This document shows, one piece after another, positions 40,995 to 50,329 of a stretch of DNA of 64,000 bases. The notes under the pieces are model-generated. The model was not told where the DNA came from. It made no database searches and saw only the letters and a list, made by a program, of their open reading frames with translations. Source of the DNA: an uncultured delta proteobacterium (GTDB lineage Bacteria; Desulfobacterota; Binatia; UBA9968); the NCBI GenBank assembly GCA_963745035.1, contig CAVUVW010000002.1, positions 160,001 to 224,000 of the forward strand, in the 5' to 3' direction. The stretch's first letter is position 1; each line of letters begins with the position of its first letter. The translations under genes and the position numbers were made by a program.

Positions 40995-42185
40995 ATGAAA
41001 CGTTCCGGCATCGCCGACCTTCCACTTCACGGCGGCCGTGTACCGCAATGGCTTGCCGAGCGCATGACGAAGCTCGGCGCTGCCATCACCGAAGTGATTG
41101 TGCGCGACTACGGCACGTCGGTTTTCCTGTCGCGCCTCAGCGATCCGTTCTGGTTTCAAGCGCTGGGCGCCACGCTGGGGATGGACTGGCATTCATCCGG
41201 CATCACGACATCGGTCATGGGCGCGCTCAAGCGCGGACTTGGGCCCGGCGCGGCGGAGCTTGGCATCTATATTTGCGGCGGTCGCGGCAGGTTCTCGCGC
41301 AACACGCCGCAGGAGCTGCGGGCGGTGGCCGATGCTCGGGGCTTCGACGGCGAGGCCTTGGTCCGGGCCAGCCGGCTCACCGCGAGGATCGACAACAATG
41401 CGATCGCCGACGGATTTCAGATCTATCTTCATAGTTTTATCGTCGCGGCGAACGGCGAGTGGGCGGTGGTGCAGCAGGGCTTGAACGAGCGCAGCGGCAT
41501 GGCGCGGCGCTATCATTGGCACTCGGCCTCGGTGCGCGACTTTGTCGCCGAGCCGCATACCGGAATCGTCGGCGAGCACCAGGGCACGATCATGAATTTG
41601 GTGGATGCCCGGGCGCAGCCCGCGCAAAGCGCGCTTCTGGAAATCACCCGCGAAAAGCCGGAAACGATTCTCACCGCCGCGCGCCGGCTGCGCCTGCCGT
41701 ACCATCACGAAGTGCGCTCGAACAATATCGATCTCAAGCGGCTGGGAGCTGTGCTCGCGGTCGCCTACGAGCGGGACTTGCGCCAGTTCGCCGAGCTCTT
41801 GCTCCTGGAGAAACTCGGGCCGCGCACTCTGCAGTCGCTCGCTTTGATCGCCGAAGTCGTTCACGGCGCGCCTACCCGCTTTTCCGATCCCGCGCGCTTT
41901 TCTTTCGCGCACGGCGGCAAGGATGGTCATCCGTTTCCGGTGCCGCTGAAAACCTACGACGAAACTCTCGACTTCCTCAAAATAGCGCTCGCCACGGCAA
42001 AGCTGGGCGACCAGGACAAGCTCGATGGCTTTCGCCGTCTCGAACGCTTCGTTCGCAGAATAGAAAATGAGCTCCAACCCCGAGCCGATTGCGAAGCCGT
42101 AATTGCCCATGAAAAAGCGATCTCCCGATCACTCGGTGGGCGGAGTGCTTTCGACGAGCGCGCGCGGCAACTCCGGCTTTTCTGA
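40995..42185 (+). CDS. DUF763 family protein
   Basis: ADLPLHGGRVPQWL, DPFWFQALG...GMDWHSSG and FAHGGKDGHPFPVP. Confidence 0.9.
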   Translation: MKRSGIADLPLHGGRVPQWLAERMTKLGAAITEVIVRDYGTSVFLSRLSDPFWFQALGATLGMDWHSSGITTSVMGALKRGLGPGAAELGIYICGGRGRFSRNTPQELRAVADARGFDGEALVRASRLTARIDNNAIADGFQIYLHSFIVAANGEWAVVQQGLNERSGMARRYHWHSASVRDFVAEPHTGIVGEHQGTIMNLVDARAQPAQSALLEITREKPETILTAARRLRLPYHHEVRSNNIDLKRLGAVLAVAYERDLRQFAELLLLEKLGPRTLQSLALIAEVVHGAPTRFSDPARFSFAHGGKDGHPFPVPLKTYDETLDFLKIALATAKLGDQDKLDGFRRLERFVRRIENELQPRADCEAVIAHEKAISRSLGGRSAFDERARQLRLF

Positions 42186-42267
42186 TTCGAGACGAAAATT
42201 CGGCGAGTATTTTGCCGCGATGTTTAATCTTGGTCGCTCATCTTATGCCGTCAATGCGTGATGATGG

Positions 42268-42579
42268 TCAGATCATTGGATCGGACCGCCGTCGGGGCTT
42301 GTCCGAATGGGCGGCGATCAGTGCTTGGGTGGCGCGCCGAAGATCGCCCCAGCTCAGTAAATCCAAGCGGGTCTTGCGGCGCAGCGCGCCCGCGTACGTC
42401 AGGCCGCGCGCGCCGCAGTAGCGCGAACACAGCCACACATCAGTCGAGGGTCTGCCGCTCGGCGCGCGGCTCATGTAAAGGGTAGCGCCGCAGACGCACG
42501 GTTTGCGTTCAGCGGCGGGCACGATGATTTTCACGGCTTCCATGGACTGTCTTTCTTTGTTGAGACGACTTAGATTCAT
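42268..42579 (-). CDS. Small Cys-rich hypothetical protein
   Basis: CVCG...WLCSRYC motif; lies directly downstream of the C2H2 ORF; start may be 42543. Confidence 0.5.
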   Translation of the reverse strand: MNLSRLNKERQSMEAVKIIVPAAERKPCVCGATLYMSRAPSGRPSTDVWLCSRYCGARGLTYAGALRRKTRLDLLSWGDLRRATQALIAAHSDKPRRRSDPMI

Positions 42580-42591
42580 GATACAGGGCTG

Positions 42592-42741
42592 TCAGTGACT
42601 CTTTCGGTCGTGCGCTTCGAGATGCGCTTTCAGATAACTCAGCGAGTAGATGCGCGCGCCGCAACGCTTGCAAAGAGTCGCGCGCTGTTTAGTGGCCCGC
42701 ACGGGAACTTTCTTGAACATGGTCGCCAAGAGTAATCTCAT
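42592..42741 (-). CDS. 49-aa C2H2 zinc-finger microprotein
   Basis: GGAGG-N5-ATG; CKRCGARIYSLSYLKAHLEAH matches C-x2-C-x3-hydrophobic-x5-L-x2-H-x3-H. Confidence 0.65.
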   Translation of the reverse strand: MRLLLATMFKKVPVRATKQRATLCKRCGARIYSLSYLKAHLEAHDRKSH

Positions 42742-43100
42742 TGTTGCCTCCAATGATTGATGCTGCGCCATAGAGCAACGCCAGTGCCACCGGAGTCGTC
42801 GATCTTCCGCAGCATGGAAATAGCTGATCTTTTCGCCGGGTTACCCGAGGGCGGACTGCGGTTCGCTGGTATTGCAATGGGGCAATCTAGACCAGCTTTG
42901 GCCGGAGATGAGCAACTTTGTACAGTGAAGTTCGAGAAAGCGCCTCTATTTACCAGCCAGCCCTGAATTAGCGGGCGGGCATCCGGGAACCCGCGGAGCC
43001 CTAGCCCAAGTAACCTTGTCCGGAGCGAAACCTTTATCTTTTCGAGGAGATCGACTTCTGCTACAGTATGCAGAACGAGCGCAAAGGATGGGGGATTTCA

Positions 43101-43238
43101 ATGAGTAGGGGTGTCGATTACATTGTACAAAGTCTTTTCGAGCCTGCGCTGATGTGGGTGTTGAACCATCCCATTATCACCGTCCTCGCAGTCGCCGCTT
43201 TGATCTTTTTTTCCGTGCGCAATTACCGCATGCTCTGA
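43101..43238 (+). CDS. Small membrane protein (45 aa)
   Basis: MSRGVDYIVQSLFEPALMWVLNHPIITVLAVAALIFFSVRNYRML; GGGGA upstream. Confidence 0.5.
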   Translation: MSRGVDYIVQSLFEPALMWVLNHPIITVLAVAALIFFSVRNYRML

Positions 43239-43404
43239 TTCCCGCCGTACCGAAGCGGGCAAGCGCAAAATCTTTGCGCCGGCTTTATCCTGCGCAACTC
43301 ACCCTGCCGCGCATCGAGCGGAACAAGCCCGCACGCCGCCGGGCTGATTTGCTTTTTCCACATGCCCGGAATAGGATTTTTTCAACTTACCGAGGAGTTG
43401 CGTA

Positions 43405-44272
43405 ATGCCCCTAGTCTCTGCCTTGGCGGCGAGCCACGCTCCCAACATCCTTCTCGAGCCGGGCCCCGAGTGGGAAGACTTCATGAATCTCCACTACAGC
43501 ATGGCGCCTCAGGGGACGGCGCGCCGGCCGAGCTTCGAGCAGCAGGCAAAGCTCCGCAAGGATGCCGAAGCGGCTTTCGCGGCGTTGCGCGCGGATCTCG
43601 AGGCCGCCAAGCCGGACGTTTTGATCGTCGTCGCCAACGATCAGTTCGTGAATTTCTTCTGGAACAATATTCCGACGTTTTTCGTCACGATCGCCGACGA
43701 AGTCAAAGGCCAGTTCACGCGCCACAAGTTTCACTACCAAAATCACAAGGAGCTCGGGCAAGGCGATCATCCGCGCCGGCATGGCCGGTGGTATCGACTT
43801 TTCGTACGGCGAGCATATCGAGTTGCAGCACACGCAAAACGTGCCGCTCTATTTCTTGCTGCCCGAACCGACGATTCCGATCCTGCCCATTTACGTGAAT
43901 ACCTGGGTCGATCCGGCGCCGTCGCCGCGGCGCTGCTATCAGGTCGGCGAGTTGATCCGCACGGTGGCGGACCAGTCCAAAGAGCGCGTGGCGATCCTCG
44001 CCACCGGCGGATTGTCGCATTTCCCCGGCTCGCCGCGCATCGGCGAAATCGACGAAAGCTTCGATCACAAGCTCTTGGAAGTGATGCGTCAGGGCAAGGG
44101 CAAGAGCCTGGTCGATTACTCCGTGCAGGATCTCTTGCAAGCCGGCGACACCGAGTTTCTCAACTGGATGGTGGTGATCGGCGCCGTCGGGAACGCCAAG
44201 GCGACCTATACCGCATACATGCCGGATTTTGTCGCTACGGGTTGGGGATTCGTCAGTTGGAAATCACTTTAG
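43405..44272 (+). CDS. LigB-type (class III) extradiol dioxygenase beta subunit (frameshift at about 43758)
   Basis: ASHAP, PDVLIVVANDQFVNF, PIYVN, ATGGLSHFPG and EFLNW. Confidence 0.85.
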
Positions 44273-44324
44273 GATCGCGCGTCGCGAGTCTCGCGTTCGA
44301 GCCAGGCTCTTTGGGAGGGACGCT

Positions 44325-44570
44325 GTGAGCTGTTATCATTTGAGCCGCTTGCTGTTCGATCTCAAGATGAATGAGTCCGTCTATCAGCGCTCGCTCAAGG
44401 ACTTTGAAAGCGTGATGGGCGAGTACGAGCTCACCGCCGAAGAAAAAGACGCGCTGCGCGCCGGCGACCCGCGTAAGCTCAGGCAATTGGGCGTGCACGG
44501 CATGCTTTGTCTTTATATCAAGAGGCTCAATCCTGAATTTCGCGACAATATTTACTGGGCGCAGAAGTAG
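44325..44570 (+). CDS. LigA-like small dioxygenase subunit
   Basis: YHLSRLLFDL...YELTAEEKDALRAGDPRKLRQLGVHGML; GGAGG RBS. Confidence 0.7.
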   Translation: MSCYHLSRLLFDLKMNESVYQRSLKDFESVMGEYELTAEEKDALRAGDPRKLRQLGVHGMLCLYIKRLNPEFRDNIYWAQK

Positions 44571-44766
44571 AAAAGCTGTGCCAGCAGATTGGAAAGATGC
44601 TTGGCAGCATGATCAAGAATCCCGAGCCGTTTTCGATTCGCTGATCGATAGCAACTGCTGAATTCCAATCTTCTCGATCTCTGATTTCTGACCTCACTTC
44701 TTTGACCCTCTCTCGGCGCTTTGCTAGTATCCGGCAGACTTAAAATCTTTCAGGGGGAAGCACGAG

Positions 44767-45558
44767 ATGGATTTAGGATTGAAAGGTAAAGTTGCGCTGG
44801 TCGCCGGCGCCAGTCAGGGAATGGGCCGCGCCTCGGCATTGGGATTCGCCCGTGAAGGCGCAAAGGTGGCGATCTGCGCGCGCGGCGAAGCGGCGCTGAA
44901 CGAAGCGGCGGCGGCGATTCGCAAGCAAACCGGCGGCGAAGTTCTCGCGATGGTCGCCGATATGGCGAAACCGGAGGACATCAGAAAATTCGTCAACGAT
45001 AGCGCAGCGCACTTCGGCCGGCTCGACGTCGTCGTCAATAATGCCGGCGGCCCGCCGCCGGGCGAGTTCATGAAATTTACCGACGATGATTGGAACAATG
45101 CCTTTAATCTGAGCTTCATGAGCACCATGCGCATGACGCGTGAGGCGGTGCCGCATATGCGCAAAGTCGGCGGCGGGAAGGTCGTCAACATCACTTCTTA
45201 TTCCGTCAAAGAGCCGATCGCCGGACTGGTGTTGTCGAACGCGGTGCGCAGCGCGGTCATCGGCTTGGCCAAAACTCTCTCGCGCGAGCTGGCGCGCGAC
45301 AACATTCTGTTCAACAACGTGTGCCCGGGTCGCATCGACACGGACCGCGCTCAGAAGCTCAACAAGGCGCGAGCCGACCGACTGGGCAGACCGGTGGAAG
45401 AAATCAATAAAGAAATGGCGGAGGAAGTGCCGCTTGGCCGATACGGCACGGCGGACGAGACCGCGGATTTGATTGTTTTTCTCGGTTCCGATCGAGCGAG
45501 CTACATCACCGGCACGACCATCGCGATCGACGGCGGGCTCGTTCGCAGCATTCAATAA
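44767..45558 (+). CDS. SDR oxidoreductase
   Basis: [29 protein letters not shown] and ASYITG. Confidence 0.9.
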   Translation: MDLGLKGKVALVAGASQGMGRASALGFAREGAKVAICARGEAALNEAAAAIRKQTGGEVLAMVADMAKPEDIRKFVNDSAAHFGRLDVVVNNAGGPPPGEFMKFTDDDWNNAFNLSFMSTMRMTREAVPHMRKVGGGKVVNITSYSVKEPIAGLVLSNAVRSAVIGLAKTLSRELARDNILFNNVCPGRIDTDRAQKLNKARADRLGRPVEEINKEMAEEVPLGRYGTADETADLIVFLGSDRASYITGTTIAIDGGLVRSIQ

Positions 45559-45571
45559 ACGGGGGACAGCG

Positions 45572-45895
45572 ATGGTTCACTTCGTCATCCAATGGGATTT
45601 GCCGGACCAGAAGGCCAACCTGACGATCTACTCCAACAAGGCCAAAAACGATTGGCTGCCGACCACGCTCGCGCACAAAGGCGTGATCGAGATCCGCAAT
45701 TATCGCAATCCGCTCGAGGTGACGCCGCACGTGGCGATCACCATCGACTTCGAAACCCTGGATAATTGGCGCGACTTCATCGACTCGCAGGATTACATCC
45801 GGATCATGCGCGAGCTGCGCATTCTCGGCTGCCGTAATTTCACCGTCAACATCTGGGCGCCGTCAAAGTATTTCCCCGAATCGATGAAGCCGTAA
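45572..45895 (+). CDS. Hypothetical protein, possible dimeric alpha/beta-barrel fold
   Basis: RBS present; ITIDFETLDNWRDFIDS pattern. Confidence 0.55.
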   Translation: MVHFVIQWDLPDQKANLTIYSNKAKNDWLPTTLAHKGVIEIRNYRNPLEVTPHVAITIDFETLDNWRDFIDSQDYIRIMRELRILGCRNFTVNIWAPSKYFPESMKP

Positions 45896-45952
45896 GACCA
45901 CGTAGCAACGCTGCACAGTGCCTTCCCGGCAAACTCGAACCAGCGCTCGCAG

Positions 45953-46042
45953 TGTCATCCTGAGCCGACGGCGAAGGATCTGCTTTCGTCGACCAGATCA
46001 ACGCAAAGCAGATTCTTCGTCGCGCCGCTCCTCAGAATGACA
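45953..46042. repeat. REP-like palindromic element
   Basis: TGTCATCCTGAG...GAAGGATCTGCTTT is inverted relative to AAAGCAGATTCTTC...CTCAGAATGACA. Confidence 0.7.
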
Positions 46043-46114
46043 TGCGTGTACGTTGGTTCTGTCTCTGAAAAGTCAGTAAAGAAAATACCGTTCGATCAAT
46101 CTGCTGATAACTTG

Positions 46115-47353
46115 TCATACGCCTGCATACGTCCAGCATTCCTTCAGTTTGAGAATGTGGATGCCGTGATTCTTGTCGCTTAGATAAATGCAGCCGCGCC
46201 GGTCGACGAGCACGTCTTCGGATTGGGCGACGAGCCGGGTCGGCTTGGTTCCTATTCGCACCGTCGGATCGGCCGGAACGAAATAAGCGATTTCTTTCGG
46301 CTGGCGCGCGTCGCGGATATCGTAGACGCGCAGCCCAGCGTTGAAATACGTCAGGTAGGCGATGTCGTCGCGATCTTCGAGACAGGCTTGATGATTCGGA
46401 TGATGATGATTGTGCGGGCCGAAGCGGCCGGCTTTCTCATAGAAATTTTTAAGCTCGCTTTCCGGCGCCGGCTCGGGCAACGGAAAGAGCGACAGCATGC
46501 GCGGACTTTTTTCGTCGCTGATATCGACGATCCCCGCCATGTTTAAATTTTCGTCGCCGTTTTCACGGATCGCTTCGTCGTTGATCAAGGCGATGTTCCG
46601 GCGCGGCAGCGGCAAGTAAGTATGGATCCCCTGGGTCGCGGTGATGCCGCGAAAAGCGATCTGGCTGATCATCTTCGGCTGCGTGAGGTCCTCGACGTCG
46701 AGGATGATGCCGCCGCCGTCGCCGTAGGAAAGATAGGCTCGTGTGCCTTCGATATGCGCCGGACCGTGGCAAGAAAATTTTAGGCCGCCCGTCGCCGCTC
46801 CCTTTTCCTGCTCCGGCAGCGAGAAGCGGCCGACTTCGCGCGGCTTGCTCGGATCGGCGATATCGACGATGCGATAAATTTTTCCGGTGAGACCCGGCGC
46901 GCCCGCGGCGGCGTGCACCAGATTGCCGCCGTCGTAAAAATTCCGATGGGTACCGGTGCTGCCGGTTTGAAAGTGGCCGATCTGTTTCGGCTTGACGGGG
47001 TCGTTCACGTCGAAGATCAGAAAACCTTCGGTGAACGGCTGTCCTTCCGCGCCGCCCCAACCGGGCGCGATTCTTTCCAGCCCGGCGATCATCTTCCCAT
47101 CGGCGACCTGGACCTGAATCGTCCAGGTGTTTTCCGGACCGGGAACATGCAGGCAAAATTGCGGCGCCGCCGGCTCGGTCACGTCGAGCACGCTCCAGCC
47201 GCGATGCCAGAGATGGGCGACGTAGAGATACCAGCGGCGGTTGACCTCCTGCATGGCCAGCTTGAATGCTGGCATACCGTTGAGATCGTGATATCCGATC
47301 GGATCGATGTTGCGGGTGAAATAGCCGGCGGGAACTTCTTGAGTCATATTCAT
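46115..47353 (-). CDS. LVIVD-repeat protein
   Basis: Repeated [IV][LVF]D[VI]xxPxxP units; GRFGPHN and YFNAGLRVYDI; ATGA overlap with the nth stop. Confidence 0.82.
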   Translation of the reverse strand: MNMTQEVPAGYFTRNIDPIGYHDLNGMPAFKLAMQEVNRRWYLYVAHLWHRGWSVLDVTEPAAPQFCLHVPGPENTWTIQVQVADGKMIAGLERIAPGWGGAEGQPFTEGFLIFDVNDPVKPKQIGHFQTGSTGTHRNFYDGGNLVHAAAGAPGLTGKIYRIVDIADPSKPREVGRFSLPEQEKGAATGGLKFSCHGPAHIEGTRAYLSYGDGGGIILDVEDLTQPKMISQIAFRGITATQGIHTYLPLPRRNIALINDEAIRENGDENLNMAGIVDISDEKSPRMLSLFPLPEPAPESELKNFYEKAGRFGPHNHHHPNHQACLEDRDDIAYLTYFNAGLRVYDIRDARQPKEIAYFVPADPTVRIGTKPTRLVAQSEDVLVDRRGCIYLSDKNHGIHILKLKECWTYAGV

Positions 47354-48006
47354 CGCCTCACGGTTACGCCGATTTGACTGCAATATTTTCGCACCGGACA
47401 TTGGCTGCAAAGCGGCGAGATCGGCCGGCAGAGGTGCTGGCCGAAGCTCACGAGAAGATCATTGTATTCGATCCAGTATTGCGGCGGCAGCTTGTCGCGC
47501 AGAGTGAACTCGGTTTTTTCCGGCGTTTTGGTTTCGATGTAGCCCCAGCGGTTCGATATTCGGTGGACGTGGGTATCGACGCAGATGCCGGGTTTTTTAT
47601 AGCCGAGGGTGACGACCAGATTGGCGGTCTTGCGTCCGACGCCCTTGAGCTTCAGAAGCTCGTCGATTTCGTCGGGAACCTTGCCGCCATACTGATCGAC
47701 CAAGGTGCGGCAGATCTCCCGTATGCTTTTCGCCTTGGTTTTGTAAAAGCCGACTGGAAAAATCAACTTCTCGATCCTCTTCGCCGTGAGTTTCAGCATC
47801 GCTTGCGGGGTGTCGGCGACGGCGAACAGGCGATGAGACGCTTTGGCGGTGGTCGAATCCTGCGTGCGCAGACTGAGAATGCACGAGATCAACACGCGAA
47901 ATGGGCTCTCGTAGGTCTCCGCCATCAGAGTCACGATCGGGGTATCCCACTTGGGGACCTCGCGGCGCAGGATGCGAATGACGGAATGAATGTCCCGGTC
48001 CTTCAC
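47350..48006 (-). CDS. nth: Endonuclease III
   Basis: HhH LKGVGRKTANLV, VDTHVHR and Fe-S CRPISPLCSQCPVRKYC. Confidence 0.93.
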   Translation of the reverse strand: MKDRDIHSVIRILRREVPKWDTPIVTLMAETYESPFRVLISCILSLRTQDSTTAKASHRLFAVADTPQAMLKLTAKRIEKLIFPVGFYKTKAKSIREICRTLVDQYGGKVPDEIDELLKLKGVGRKTANLVVTLGYKKPGICVDTHVHRISNRWGYIETKTPEKTEFTLRDKLPPQYWIEYNDLLVSFGQHLCRPISPLCSQCPVRKYCSQIGVTVRR

Positions 48007-48086
48007 GGCTAGTGTTTTTCCCGTGGATTGGCTAGATTGAAAACTCTCATATCACAGTTCCCGGGCGGGCAAAAAGTTTTAGCAGC

Positions 48087-48659
48087 ATGGTCACCGACAG
48101 GATCGTCAACGCGTTAAAGCTCCGCGTTCCCCAGACGCTTGCCGCCAACGGCTACAAGCCGGCGGCGGTGCTCATACCGATCCAAGAGCGTTCGGACGGA
48201 GAGTATCTGGTGCTCACCAAACGCGCCGATCATTTGCGCACGCATCAAGGCCAGATCGCGTTTCCGGGCGGACGCGTCGATCCGAGCGACGCGGATGCGA
48301 CCGCGACCGCGCTGCGCGAATGTTACGAAGAGATCGGCGTCGGGCCGGAGTGTGTGCGGGTTCTCGGCCGGTTGGATGAATTCACCGCCGGGTATGGTCT
48401 TGTCGTCACGCCGGTGGTGGGCGTCATCCCGGCGCGTTGCGAATTTCGCATCGACCCATCGGAGACCACCGCGGTGGCTTCGGTGCCGATCGTTTCCTTG
48501 ATGCGGCCGGGCAATTGCGCGCGCGGCGAGAAGCTCTCACCGGGCGGCCACCCGAACTACCATTTCTATGTCAACGGTTGGGATGTTTGGGGCGTGACCG
48601 CCAGGATCATCGCGCAGTTTTTGGAGCTCGCGTATGATTTTCGTGTTGAATCATCTTAG
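48087..48659 (+). CDS. Nudix CoA pyrophosphatase
   Basis: LTKRADHLRTHQGQIAFPGG...ALRECYEEIG and VWGVTA. Confidence 0.88.
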   Translation: MVTDRIVNALKLRVPQTLAANGYKPAAVLIPIQERSDGEYLVLTKRADHLRTHQGQIAFPGGRVDPSDADATATALRECYEEIGVGPECVRVLGRLDEFTAGYGLVVTPVVGVIPARCEFRIDPSETTAVASVPIVSLMRPGNCARGEKLSPGGHPNYHFYVNGWDVWGVTARIIAQFLELAYDFRVESS

Positions 48660-48664
48660 TATGA

Positions 48665-50257
48665 TTGCGTGGTTTCCGATGTCGCCGACGCTTGTTCCGC
48701 CGTGCATCTCTTCATAGGCTGCTGCTTCACTCCAGTTCTTCCGTGAATTTGTTCAACCTTTGCCTTCCTGTATTCGCGGCAGCCTTGCTGGCGGCTCCCT
48801 ATTTAGCGCCGAGCTTGTTTCCGCTGGCTTGGATTGCCTTCGTGCCGTTGTTCTGGGCGCTGCAGCGTGCCGGTACGGCGCGTCGCGCGATCCTTTACGG
48901 CTGGATGATGGGTTTTGCCGCTCATCTCATCGGCTTTTATTGGCTCGTCTACACGATCAGCGCCTTCGGCGGTTTTCCCTACGCCGTGAGTGTCTTGGTG
49001 TTTATCCTGTATGCCGCATTGCAGGCGGTTCAAATGGCGCTCTTCGCGCTCTTGGTGCGGAGCGCCGGCTTTGGTCCGCTCAAAACCCTTCCCGCGCTTT
49101 TCTGGATTCCGCTCGAGTTCTTGTTCCCGCTGCTGTTCCCCTGGCATCTTGCCAATTCGCAGGCGGCGTTCTCGTGGTTCGTGCAAACCGCCGATCTCGT
49201 CGGCCCGTACGGCACGAGCTTTCTCGTGATGTGGAGCAACGCGGCGATCTATCACGCCTGGCGCGCTCGCGAAGAAGCAGCGCTGGGACGGTATTTGCCG
49301 GCCGCCTACGCCGGCCTTGCCGTCGTGGTCGCTCTCGTCTACGGCGCGGGACGGCTCCAGAGCATCGATGCGGAAATCGCGGACGCGCGCAAAATATCCG
49401 TCGCGGCGGTGCAGGGAAACGTCGATATCGATATGAAATGGAATCCTGCTCTGGCGCAGAAAAATTTGGCCAAGCATCGCGAGCTCACGGCGGCTGTGGA
49501 GGCGGTTCCGCTGGTGATCTGGCCGGAGTCGGCGATCGAGGCGTTTATCCCCGAGGATCTGCAAGTTCTGCCGCCGGAGTTCATGCCGGCGCTCAAGTCT
49601 GAGCGCGCATTTTTTGTTTTTGGCGCCAAGAGTTATCGCGGCAAGCCAGGGCAAGCCGGTCTCAAGATGTTCAATACCGCGTTCTTCACCGACACCGGCG
49701 GCCGCATCCTGAGCCGCTACCACAAACAGGTGCTGCTCGCGTTCGGCGAATACCTGCCCTTTTCCAGGATCCTTTCGCTGCTGCCGGCGATGCCGTTCGC
49801 CGACGGCTTTACGCCGGGGCCCGGACCGGTGGCGTTTCACATGGCGCGCGGCATCCGCATCGCGCCGCTGATTTGCTACGAAGACTTGATACCCGAGCTG
49901 TCGCGCAAGTTCGTCAGCGAGGCGCGGGCAAACGTGCTGGTAAACCTTACCAACGACGCGTGGTACGGCCGCTCGGTCGGCCCGCGGCAACACCTTTGGC
50001 TGGCGCAGTCCCGCGCCATCGAGACGCGGCGCAGCCTGCTGCGCGTAACCAACACCGGGGTTACCTCACTGGTCAACGCCAAAGGGGAAATCGTGAAAAT
50101 CTTGCCGATGTTTACCGGCGCGGTGATGCAAACCGACGTGGAAATTCTCAACGGCGAGACCTACTACGTGCGCTTCGGCGACTGGTTTGCGTGGAGCATG
50201 ACGGCGATCACGGTCGCCGTCATGTTGTTCTACATGAAGAAATCGCTGGTCAGGTGA
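48665..50257 (+). CDS. lnt: Apolipoprotein N-acyltransferase (start uncertain, possibly 48743)
   Basis: VQGN, WPES, YHKQVLLAFGEY, ICYE and TNDAWYG. Confidence 0.92.
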   Translation: MRGFRCRRRLFRRASLHRLLLHSSSSVNLFNLCLPVFAAALLAAPYLAPSLFPLAWIAFVPLFWALQRAGTARRAILYGWMMGFAAHLIGFYWLVYTISAFGGFPYAVSVLVFILYAALQAVQMALFALLVRSAGFGPLKTLPALFWIPLEFLFPLLFPWHLANSQAAFSWFVQTADLVGPYGTSFLVMWSNAAIYHAWRAREEAALGRYLPAAYAGLAVVVALVYGAGRLQSIDAEIADARKISVAAVQGNVDIDMKWNPALAQKNLAKHRELTAAVEAVPLVIWPESAIEAFIPEDLQVLPPEFMPALKSERAFFVFGAKSYRGKPGQAGLKMFNTAFFTDTGGRILSRYHKQVLLAFGEYLPFSRILSLLPAMPFADGFTPGPGPVAFHMARGIRIAPLICYEDLIPELSRKFVSEARANVLVNLTNDAWYGRSVGPRQHLWLAQSRAIETRRSLLRVTNTGVTSLVNAKGEIVKILPMFTGAVMQTDVEILNGETYYVRFGDWFAWSMTAITVAVMLFYMKKSLVR

Positions 50258-50329
50258 ATTGGTTCTTTCCCTCTGCGCGCATGAAATAGGCAAGGAGAAT
50301 ACCAATCCGGCGTTGCAGCGCCGCGGGTG

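Noticed and set aside
24920-43100. Prophage or integrative element
   Set aside because: No integrase, tRNA attachment site, structural genes or flanking direct repeats were identified
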